Both the position numbers and the translations under genes were made by a program. Below, one piece after another: positions 13,901 through 25,900 of a DNA stretch of 64,000 nucleotides. Source of the stretch: Lama guanicoe. Lineage: Eukaryota. The stretch covers positions 1,789,509 through 1,853,508 of the forward strand of contig MU054220.1 in the NCBI GenBank assembly GCA_013239625.1. Direction: 5' to 3'. Position 1 is the stretch's first letter, and every line of letters starts with the position of its first letter. The notes under the pieces were generated by a model. The model had not been told where the DNA came from, did no database searches, and saw only the letters and a program-made list of their open reading frames with translations.

Positions 13901-16900
13901 TCACACCACTGTCTGCGCTGACCTGGGACTTCTTCTCCTCCGTCTCACCAATGTCAAAGACGGGTTTGATTACTTCAGGCCCTGAGTAGGGGAAGGCTTC
14001 TGTTACTCAGCACACAAAGGCTGGAGGCAGGCTGGCAAAGGGAGTGGGACAGCAGCACAGTCTGGCCCCAGATCTGCTCAGCATGTCCCAGTCACCTTTC
14101 CAGGGTCTGCCACTCGCTCAAGCCCCACTGGAAGGAGAAGTTCCCAGATGCTTAAAGAACCAAGCAGGAAAAAAAGACCTGGTCTTAAGGGGTTCTGTAG
14201 CCATCTCAACCTGAGAAAATTCTGAACACATCATCCTAAAACAGAAAAGTTCCACAAACAAATGTCTGAACCACATTCCACTGCACTCAGAGTCAGAGCT
14301 TCACTTGTGCCTGAAACCACTGAGGGGTTCCCCTGTCACTTTGCTTCCCAAATAAATGTGTCTGAAGGGGCTAGAAATGGATATGGCCAGTGAGGTTAAA
14401 AAACACCAGCTGTTTCAGTGGACACTGCCTACCCCTTCCCTGCAACTTCTACATTTAAGATTAAAAACCACCCTCATATTTCCCGTCCACCCACAATGGT
14501 ATGGCAGAAGGACAGAATGACAGAAAGCAAGAAAGCGTGCCTAGGCAAGCCACCAGAGAGAGTTGGGAAGCTACAGACTCAACACGGAGGGACAGCAACC
14601 ATCTCTGCCAACTGTGCCCACAGGCCTTCTAATGGGTGAGGGAGATATCAGCCAATGAGGGGCACTGAAATGGGCAAATGTTCTCCCCACCAACTCTGAA
14701 GCAATAGAGAACCAAGCTCTAAGGGATTTTACTCAGGGGATGCCCTGATTACAGCCTGATTTGCTACAAGGGGAAGGGGAAAGAAGCAGCCTACAAGCCA
14801 CATACCTATGAATCACATACCACCTACCTGCTTTCATTTCAAATACCCTCCAAGAGCAAATTTGGGGTGGGGCTGACAAAGCGAGCCTGCCCCAACTGGG
14901 CCTGGGGAGTTGGCAGGTATGGGAGACTTGGGAACGGGAAGGGGCATTTGTTCCTTACTCTGTTTTTCCAAAGCTTTTTGCTTTTTCACTTCCTGGTGCT
15001 TGTTCCACAATTCTACCCCAGATGCAATGTAAGCAGGAGAGAAAGACAGAGAGAGTCAGAGGCTGGTCAGACAGACGAAATGGAAACCCACCCACCCAAG
15101 CTGATTCAGTCTGAGGTACAGGATTATAAATCAAGAGATAAAAGAGATCTTCACAGTGGACAGGGAGGTTAAAAAGCAAGAGATTCAATGCCTTCCCCCA
15201 GCTCAAGAACTAAACACTACAAATTCTTAATCCTAACGTCAAAAGGGCAGTAAAAATCCTGCAGGGTGTTAGAGCTGAAAGAGTCTTTTTAACCAAGCTC
15301 CTTCATTTGGCATGAGGAAACTGATCCCACAGAGGCTGGAGCACTTGCTCAAGATCACGTAACTTAGGATCAGTTTAAACTTCCACCACACCATGCTCTC
15401 TCTGCCAAATGAGCTAGGCAACAGCAAACTTTAAAGATTCCAGATAAGATAGATGATCACCTCAAGCAGCCAAAGGGTTTCAGAAGCATGAGCACAAATC
15501 TGTTTGATTCACTGGATTGGACGGAGGCCACTCATGCAGGCAGTTAGCATCCCTTCTTGCTGCCACCAAAAATCCTAACTTACTCTCAGAATCAGGGCCT
15601 ACCCTACCAAGAGAACCATTCTTAGTCAATCATCTGGAAAAGTGCTTCTGGCAAAGGTGACAGAGAACACTAAATAGTTAAGAATAGCTTCTTAGTAGGG
15701 GTAAAGAAGAGAGAATACCGATCATAGCAATTCTTTTCCTGGAAGAACTTTAGAATCTACATGGTCCAATCTCCTCATTTCCCAGATGAGGAGACAGAGA
15801 CCCTGAAAGGGGAAGCAATTTGCCCAAAGTTGCTTTCCTAGTTAGGGGACGATACAGGAATAAAACTCAAGATCTCCAGACTTGCCAGTCAGTACACTTT
15901 CTGGAACATCACATCAAGTAGGAGAAAGGCAGGATTGACTGGTTCCTCATTACCATTAATGGGAGCAAAAGGCAACTGCTAATGGATGTAGCAAAGAGGC
16001 ATCAGCTAGCAGGCTATTGCTCAGGGACATAGAACCAGAAAAAGAAAGACGCAATCTAGATGACTCAAGGTCAGGTAAGAGTGAGTCAAACAAAGGTGAT
16101 ACCCAGACCGCTCACTAAGGCTCTGCCTTAGTGGGAATGGAGAAACACCAAATGTAAGCCAGCTCTAATCCAGTGCAGTAAAGAAATGTTTAAAGGGAAG
16201 CTAACTTAGAAATCTAAACCTCAAGGTCCAGGACCCAGGGAAATGGGGTTGCTGGACACATTCCAAAGGAGCAAATTCAAGGACAGTATAATGGATGGAT
16301 TGGGGAAAAATGGCTCTAGAGATCCAGACAGTCATAATTTTATAGCTCAAAGATGCACCTATAAACTTTCTTATAGCTTCCAGGAGCTCATGTGGCCTCT
16401 CCACTATGTGAAGAAATCCAGATGTAAATAAAAGAGAGGGACGTGGAGTACAGCTCAGACTCTGGCACTAAGTCTTACTGGGCCCTCTAAGCAAAACTTC
16501 CTAAGATGAAGGTGGGGCTATAAATGAAGCGTAAGGGATAGAGAAGTATAAAACATACCATTAGAAATGGACACAAATCTAACCCCCTCTCTAGAAAGCA
16601 AAGCATGGGGAAAAGAAAGGTGGGATTCTGCATGAATTGAAAGGAGGGAGTGATATTTAAGAAGCTGTAACTCCTCCACCACACCAAACACTGTGATACA
16701 CACCAACAGATGCTACAAAATTCTCTTCCTTTAAACTTCTGGTGTCCAATTCCTTGGGACTCCTTCCTGGAGCACTCGATGCCCGGGGCCCCAGCTGGGG
16801 AACTCTCAGCTGTGCCATGGCTTTCGCGTCTCCCCGCCCAGCCAGGCCAGGGTCCTTGCCAACTGGTGTGTTTATGCTCTCTGTTGGACTCCTCTTCCGC

Positions 16901-19900
16901 TTGTCTGGTTCTGGGGAAAGGATCAAACACAGAGGCCAAAAAGAGACGGTGAGCGAGAATCAAGGTGCAGAAATGAGGTGGGAGAAGCAAGGATATAGGA
17001 AGATGTGGAAGCAAAGAAGTGTGAGGAAAGAAAAGTTGACATCGTCTTTTTCATGACAGAAAAATACCCACCACAAACATGCACTAGGAAATAAAATCCC
17101 AGGGCCCAGTGGGAAGCAGACTGGCCCTGGGAAATTTGTCAAGGGGACAAGTTCATTCTTTTCAGAGAAGAGTGGGAGAGCTCTTCTTGGAGAAGCGTTC
17201 GGTATGCTGCCTCCCTGGTCCTACCTTTACTATAGTAGTGGGTCTGGGCGATCTCCAGAAGCCCAAAGATGCTGGCCATGCCTCCCAGACCTGCGTGGGC
17301 ATAGGACTGCTCCAGACTGAGGACCGTGCACTTGAGCAGGTCTAACATGCCCTTGTATACCTTCCGACTGATCTCCTGCAACAATAACCCGGGGCTGGAA
17401 TTGGTACTGCTGCTTCTGGCATCCACCTCCCTCTTCCCAGTTGATTCCAACCCCCAGCCCCTAGCACTGACCACATCTGGGATGATGTCCTGCCGGGCAT
17501 CGTCCTCTGACTGCACTGTGCGGTTCAGCTTGCTCAGGACAAAGACTCGCAGCTGCTCGCTCTCCAGCAGCCGTCGCACCTTCTTCATGTTGAGCCAGCC
17601 AACTCCCTGGCCATCCAGCACGCTGTGCACCACCTCCTTCAGGAACTGCTGGTTCTCACTAGGGGGGCCACACACCACTTCTGTGGTCATCAGCTCCTTT
17701 GCAGAGCATCCCCCCTTTCACAAGACTACATGTTTGCCTCCAGGGGCAAAATGCAAAGTCAAGTCTCCAAACATCCAAGTTTACTCCACCCCCCGCCTCT
17801 CCAGATAGCCTGGTTTGCTCAGTTACCCACCACTGCTGTCACACTCTCCTCAACACCATGAGCAATTACTGCTGCACAGGGGTTGAGTCAGAAGGGAAAC
17901 AGATTTCATCTACCCAACAGAGAGCTTCCCTCTCATTTTTGAACATCCCTAACGTTCAGTGCAGGAATCACTACCTCTAGCTGAGAACTTTTAAAACAAC
18001 TCTGCCGTTTATTACCTGGAATTGCTGGATCGACCCTGAGGTGATGGAGGCTCTCTTTTCACTGTTGGGCTGTGTTTAATGACAGATGACTTCTGGTCGA
18101 CTAAGGCCCTTCTGTTTCCTAGAGCCAGGAATGCAGAAGGAGAGACATCACTATTGTAGTCCAGCAGCTAGTGTCAGCTCAGCTCTCGGCAGCCATGTTC
18201 CACACCCATTCCCCAGAAGGGCTGGGTGAGGATGACCCTGGGGCATCACACATAGGTAGAAACCAGCCATGGCAATGTGGAGGAAGTGGGGATGGAGCCT
18301 CAGGCCACTCCACATGCATCAGCAGCATGCCCCGTGGACAAGCATAGGAGTCACAGGGGACAGGGCAGGGCAGGTCACTTGTGTGATACGCTTGCTCCAT
18401 GAGGAGGATGGCCCTCAGGCAGGCACAGAAGATGCTAGGAAAAAAAAAGATCATGCATAGCTCACGGGCAAGACCCACCTTCACCACTCCCGGGGCCGGC
18501 TTCAGTAACAATCTCCATTAGAGTATTTAGCCCAAATACTGGGACACAAAATACACAATTAGTAGGTGCACCATGACATCACAACCCCTGTAAGTCAGAT
18601 AACCTGAGCACTCTCCCAAAGCTTAGTGCACATAACCTTTGGTTCTTAGTCACCTCAGAGCTGGAAGCCAAGTGACCAGCCAAGACAACCAAGGCTCTAG
18701 GAAAGACCATCCTTAAAACTGTGGCCTCTCAAACCAGAGGCAGGGTAAATGACACAAGGAGCCTTGAGGTACTAAACAGGCACATGCACGAAAGAGGGAC
18801 CAGTGGTTTTCATGAAACATCTAGCACAGGGGTCCAGAGGGCCTGCAGGTGTGCAGAGGGAAGAGACCCATCTTGTAGATGCTGTCACGGGAAGTGGGCT
18901 GGGGTGTGAGGATGGGAGCTGGATGGGAGTGATAAGTGCAGCAAATGAAGGGAAGCACCAGCATGCAATGAAAGCATTTCAATTGCTCTCCCCTTCAACT
19001 GGATCATAGGAAAGCCAGCGATACCAACACCTTTCCATCCCTAAGCTACCGAGGCATGTGTATCAACACCACAGTGTTGGAGCTCCCTACACCACTAGCT
19101 ATGATGTCTTCCTGGCCATCTATCCTATGTTCCCGTCCCCACCAAAGAACATTCCTTTGATTCCCACATTTTTAATCACTGGGAAGAAAGGTCAGTTAAA
19201 AAATACAGGAAGCTGCTTCTCACTGTACTTTCTACTGTGATTAAATATTTCAGCACAAAATCCAGAGTAAACAAATAAAAGTCAGAGTAAATTCAGAAGA
19301 GCCCTTCAAACTGTCAGAGATCACAAATGAAAATTAAATAAGGGCTCAATTGTCCCTAGAAGCCAACCAATGCTACCAGGCCCACTCACAGGCCTTACGT
19401 TGACATGAAGCCAAAATAAGAGGCTTCTTGACTGTATAAACACTGCCAGGCTCTTCACAGCCATGCCCTGGTGAGCCAGTTCTTGGGATGGAGGGTGTCC
19501 TAAGTTCATGCAGTAGGAACCTGGCACAGGACTGGTGGCAGCTGACGAGCCCTATATTAATTATGTTCCTCTGACTAAGGTTCCCCCAGAAGCAGCAGTA
19601 ATCCCCCAGCTGTCAGTATCCTAAGTGATGTAACAGGGCCTTCTCTTTAGCTACAGAAGGCAGTTTCCATCAGAAAACCAGCAAGAGCCCAAGATGTGCG
19701 GTGAAAGCCATGAGAAGCGACGTGAGAGGCAACAGCCGGACCAAATGACCCAGCACACACAGGACTCCTGACGAGCACCCGCAGGCCTGAAATACTGCCC
19801 AGAGACGCCTGACCTGGCAAAAGGAGGGCCGTAATTACCTTTCAGACTGGGGAAGGGGGTGGTCTTCTCTCGGGCACCTTTGGCAGGCAGGGTGAGGTTT

Positions 19901-22900
19901 GAAAGACTGAAGCTCGTGCTGTGATTCCGATAGAGGCTGCCTGTCAAGGGGAGGGAGTGAGAGCAGTGAGCTGGGGGGATGAAGAATCAGAGCGTTACAT
20001 TCCCATGACCGTATCGTCATCTTCACCTTCCTCCTTGTCAAACAGAATCCCAGCACCTCTGCTCTAGCCCGGAAAGGACCAAGTCTAACTGAGGGCAAAC
20101 AGAACAGCCACTGCCAGGATTGCTCAGAACCCAATGACAACATTCTCTGACTGCCTCCCATGATAACCTCCAAGTCCGTCCTCTACTGCTGACCCAGCAT
20201 GAACGCTGGCAGTTAATGCGCTTCTGGTCTGAAGCTGGTGCTGTCCCCCATTTCAGCTTCTGAAAAAGCTCACCATCATAATTATCCCCCTTGTTGGTTT
20301 TCTCTGGTCCCTAAGTCTGTCTTCAGTCTTTAACTGACACCACCCCTCACATCTGGTAATAATCTCTATGCACAAGTCAATGTCACATAGATTTCAAGGT
20401 GTGTTAGTAAAAAAGTCCTTCCCTAGGCAAAGAAGATACTAGAGAAACACTCAAGCCAAATCTGACCAGGGTATTTCCATAAAATTAATATAATGATTAT
20501 TTTCCAGCTGACCAACTATCTTACTTGAAATAGACTGAAGCCTCCAGGTATAAAGATAATGATTAATCTACCCCTGTTCTTTATTTAAACTCCTCTGAAA
20601 ATACCTTATTTAGCATCACCCAAACGAGCTGAACTGGGGCTTGATAATGCCAACCCCATCCTATACCTCAAGTTCTAAGCAACATCTGCCGTGGCCAGGT
20701 CCTGCTGGAGAGAGGATGGGGCAGAGGCATGAGAGAGCTGAAGGCACTTACTGGCGAAAGACATGATGCCCCCGAAGCCTTCGGTGCTGTTGTTGGAGAC
20801 GGTGGAGGTGGGCGAGCTCGCTCGAGAGTCTGACTCTGCATCTGAGTCGCTTGCCAGTTTCAAGCTGTTGGGCCGCAGCAGCTTTTGAGCCCTTGAATGC
20901 ACAGTGGCACCTATGAGCCCCAGGCAGGGGTACCTAATCATGGGCGTGTGGGTCTGACACTGCACTGCAGTCACTGCTCCCTTCCTACAACTCCCAATGC
21001 CTAGATCAAAGCATGACCTTCTGGGGATGGAAGGACTGCGAGAACCTGTAAACTTCTCTGACTTCCTGGTTAACCCTCGCCCGGGTCCACTGTAGTGAGG
21101 TCCTTCAGTTACCCATCTAGAAGGCATCCCCAGGCTCTCACCGATTGCCATTGACATGTTGGCTGAATCGGGGAGTGTAACTTTCCCCCTGCTCCTCATC
21201 ATCTTCCTCAGGGGAAAGGCCATACTGGGGCTCGAAGTATGGATTGTCATAGATTCGCCGGCGCACTGACCCCTCTCCAATTTCTGCCTGACGCTTGTCC
21301 ACGTTCGATTTGCCAATGCTGGGAGGCACAGAGGGGAAGGGCTTGGAGATGCCCACTGCTGCCTTATCATCCATCTCTGTTGAGTCGGCAGGTTCCTGAG
21401 GGACATATTAAACAAAAAGTAGTCACCTGGTGTCCAGCGACGCCTTCCTATGTTCTCAGTTTGGCAGGGCTGAGCCAGACCTGTCGGATTCCTATCCTAA
21501 GGAACGTGGGAGGAAAGAGTTCTGTGACACCACCGTTCTCTGTCTCCACAACCCATGCAAGGGGGATCCTTGCTAACCCCTAAGCAAGGCCAGATGTCCT
21601 CCTTCTGGGGTCAGAACTGTATCCTATAGGTTCTAAACTCTAGGACCTATGGAGATGAAGATGGGAAGAACGTGAAGCAAGTAGAAAATTAAGCTAATAG
21701 CATCATCCTAGCTTTCATACCAGAGATGAGGCCCACATGCTGAGTAACAGTTCTCACTTATCCACCCCTCCAAGCCCTCACGTACAGAAGTGGCTCCATG
21801 GATGATGGTGCTGGGGCTACTGCTGGCTGTGGTGCTGGAGCTAGAACGCAGAGGGGGGTTTTCCCGAGAGTTCTCGCCATCTGGGCCAGGCTCCTCTGCT
21901 TCCTTTGGGTTTTGCAGCTCATCAATTGCTACCTCACTGGCGTCCCCCAGTGCTGCGTGTGTCAGAGGATCCACATCTGTCAAAACCCAAGGATGGCAGG
22001 TACAGACCACGCCATCCCAGAACCCCAAACCCTGCTCCGAGCCGGACAATTTCCCCAAGCACACTTACTAGGAGTATCACCATTGATGTCACATTTCATC
22101 ATTTCACTGACAAAGTCACCAAGGGAGGAGTAAGAAGAGCTTGAGTCATCATAATCCATACTATCACTGCCACTGAAGAGTGAAGAGCATAAAAATAAAA
22201 CAGAAAGGAGGAGCAGGGAAAAGAATCAACAAGCAGCATTTTTTTTTTAATCAAATCTTTTTTAATCTGTTGTTCTCACTCTTTTTGTTGTTGTTTTTGT
22301 TTGTTTTTTCTCCTTTTTCAGTTTTATTAGGTAGAAACAATAATAAGTACATATATGTAAACTAAACAAAAAGTGCAGTATACTGTATATACGTATTTAC
22401 ATGCAATATAACGTGTATGTAGAGTCAAACAGTAATAACAACCATTAGGAAAAATAAACAGAGGAGCACTCTTAACTCAAGGCCAGGGAACAAGATAAAA
22501 TGAGGAAACAACACAAAACATTCAACTAAAATACAGCCCAAGGCTTCAAGGACTGATGTCTAAATCCTATGAGACTCTGCCATCGCGCTCAGTAAGGGCT
22601 AGTGAGAGCCTCTCAGCCTGAAAGAACTGTTTGGCTGCCATAGGGGCTGCTGACCTGTCATCAGTAGGGTCAGAGTCAGAGTCGCGCTCTGGCGGCACGC
22701 GCAGCGCCTCAGCCAGCTGGGAGCTGCTGTCGTAGACCCGATAGTGGATGGGCTGCAGCTGGTGGGCGTACCACTTTGGCTTGTCGCCAATCAGGGCTGG
22801 ATCGAACATGTCTGCCCAAGGAGGAAGAAGGAAGAGGGTCAGCAACAAGGAGGAAAAAGGCAAGCAAAACATAAGAGGAAGGTAGGAAAAAGCCTACTGC

Positions 22901-25900
22901 AGAATAGGGATGGAAAGGGCAGGTTGAAGATTAGAAAGGGGAAAGCAAAGAGAAGAGCCATCAGGAGGACAAAGACAGAAGGTGGGGCAGAGCAGAGTGT
23001 AGGTAGACTCACTGTTGTGAATTCGCTGAAAGGCATAGTTGGTGGGGTTGAGGATCCATTCTCCAAAGTACTCCACAGCCTGAGTCCTGGCCAATTTCTC
23101 AGCAAAAGGAGTCTGCCGGGGACGTGAGGCTAGAAAGGAGCCAGCTTGAAAAGCTACCACGGGCCGGGGGAAGAGACGCAGGGTACGTGTGTGCATCTGA
23201 AAGCCCTGCAGCACGTTGGGGGAGTTGAAGAAACGGACCATGGCCACTCTGGGGAAGAAGGGGATGGTGAGACGACCCGAGTCCCACACCCCGCAGAGTG
23301 AGGGGCTCTCCGGTCCAAGGTCTCAGACCGCCTCCCACAGTCATCACTCAACAGGCTTCCAAAGTCAAGGGCAGAGGTATCTTCAAGAATCATCAACCCC
23401 CGTTTTCACTCAAGGCCTAAAAGGCCTGAGCATATAATGAACTATTTCTTCCATTTACTAAGTGGCAAATATAAGCAAATATTATACATATTTTATATAC
23501 AAAGAAACTCTGGCTCAGGGAAGTAATCTGCCCCAAGGTCACTGAGTGAGCAGAGACCAACTGAGAGCTCATGATTGTCCAGCTGGCTTGGTTGTACCTG
23601 GTTGCGACATCCACAGAATCCACATCATTGCCATAGATGAGTGGGTTGAATTCTGTAGAAGGTGTGGACTGCAGGTCATTAGAAGGCCTTCCCAAGAGAA
23701 GAGGGATCTCTTGGCCCTCATGGAATTTCTCCAGATTGAGGATGGGCTGGGTGTTGAGACTCATGCTGGCGAGAGCCTGTGGAACAGTAAGAAGTCCCTC
23801 ACAGAAGGCAGATTCCTGGGTAGCTCGCCAATCTCGTTTCCCGGGAAAGAGCCTTCATCTTTGAAATAAGAATCCAAATATTTTAATCTTTAGAAAACAA
23901 TCTGAATTGTGAATTTTTAGCTTAAGCCAATCTGACTCAAGGCAACTTGTTCAAATCTGAAGTCCAAGGCAATAGTTTTCAAATTTGTTTTAGCTGTGAA
24001 ATCTTGTTTTTCAGTTGAAATCTACATGGAAGTATAAACAACTGAAACATGTAAATAGAAGAACTTCTCTGAAGGACATAAGGAACCCAGAGCCTCACGT
24101 GCTCAGTGGTCCCAAACTAAATCAACCCCCAAGAGGCTCCATGGGGCAGTTTGAAAACCACTGGCCTAGACCTGCAGTGTTTCTTACATGTTAATGAGAG
24201 AAGGAATCACCTGGGGATGTTGTTAAAATGCAGATTCTGATTCAGTATGTCTGAGGTGATTCTGCATTTTCAATAAGCCCTGGTGATGCTGGGGCTCTAG
24301 GGACCACACTTTGAGGAGGGGTCAGAACACAGCACCACTGAGCCCGAGGAGCATAGTTTCTACAAACATTTAAAGTATGATTCCAGGGGGAGGGCATAGC
24401 TCAGTGACAGAGTGACTGCTTAGCATGTACAAGGTCCTAGGTTCAATCCCTAGTACCTCCATTAGAAAATAAATAAATAAACTTAATTACCTCCCCACCT
24501 CAAAAAAAAAAATTAAAGTACAATTCTATATGTCAACCTCCCCACCACATTAGTCATACTGAAGCAATCATCAAGAATGAAAACACAGCAAAGGAAGACA
24601 GCTAAAGAACTTTCTGAACTCGCAATCCTCACCAGACTCTGCAGTAACAAGGTATCATATTACATCAGTAGTGATGAAGTAAGTGAGAGCAAGAGGGATG
24701 ATATGAAATGACCCACCAAGCACATTTCACCAGGAGGTACTGCTAAGCAACTGAGACAACACAGAAATTCCTGAAGACCCTCCACATGAGGGATTCCTAA
24801 AAAGAAATACCGAGCTATCTACTGGTGGTCCTACATAACACACACAGCAGGACAGAGGAACAGGACCTTGTCAAGTTTTACCTTCAGGTACTGTGTTCAG
24901 CATGCAGAAGAAGAAGAAAATCAACCAATGAAAAAAATGCATTTAAGGGATTACTCAAAGAGAGGAATTTTTGAAGAGAGGATTCTATAGGGACCAGAGG
25001 TCAATTCAAGAGGAAATATAAAAGGAGCCAGATTGTCCAACTACTAACTCTCTCCATATAAGACTGAGAGAATGCTCCAAGGCCATAAAGAATGGCAGAC
25101 GTGACAAGAAACAAAAAGTGAAGGGTTGCTTCATACAGCATTACAAGTGTCTGAGGGTGGGAGAGCACACACAATGAATTAAAAGGAATCTAAAAAGCCC
25201 TTTTTGAGATTTACCCTGCTACCCAAAAATGGGATATACCTCTTCTCAAGCCCACCCAAGGCTAAGAAAATCTACTCCGCTTGAAGTCTGAAAGAAAACT
25301 GGCTTTTAAAATAGCTGTCTGCCTACAGTAGTCCTATAGCTGCAGTTTCTCCCCTTCCTTTTCTTCATTCTTCACTTACCTGCTTTAAATGTTTTTTCAA
25401 CTCTAATGATTCTGGTTCTGGCAGGATAGGCAGCACTTCTGCATTGGTGGGGGCAATCACCTACACCAGAAAAAAAGATAAAAGGCATGACCTTAGAACT
25501 AATAGCTATGGAGTTTCTCTTGCATAAGGTTATATGACAAGCATAGGAAGTTATATATATAACATTATATCTACGCAAATACGTATGTTATATACACATG
25601 CATGTTGAGACATACATATACACACATATATGACATACACACACACCTGGAAAGGAATATACCTAAATGTTATTGATGACTATCTCTAGATAATAGGGTT
25701 ATGGTTTTAATTTGCTACTTTATACTTATTTGCATTTTCTAAAGTTTCACGATAAACACAAATAAGGGCTACCTACCAAAGTTTGAATGTACTTACACTG
25801 CAGAATGGTAACATACATTTTTTTAAGTCTGCACTGAAAGACAGTTTCTTACTAGAAACCACACTCCTAGAAAACCATCAGATGACCTACAGCAACTGTA

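Noticed and set aside
20675..21415. 246-aa minus-strand ORF spanning MADD exons 13-14
   Set aside because: Composite of an off-frame exon 13, intron and in-frame exon 14; explained by the spliced MADD model.
24386..24460. tRNA-like A/B-box sequences (also 4725, 53450, 62696, 63650)
   Set aside because: Diverged, with A-rich tails and TSDs: SINE heads, not tRNA genes.
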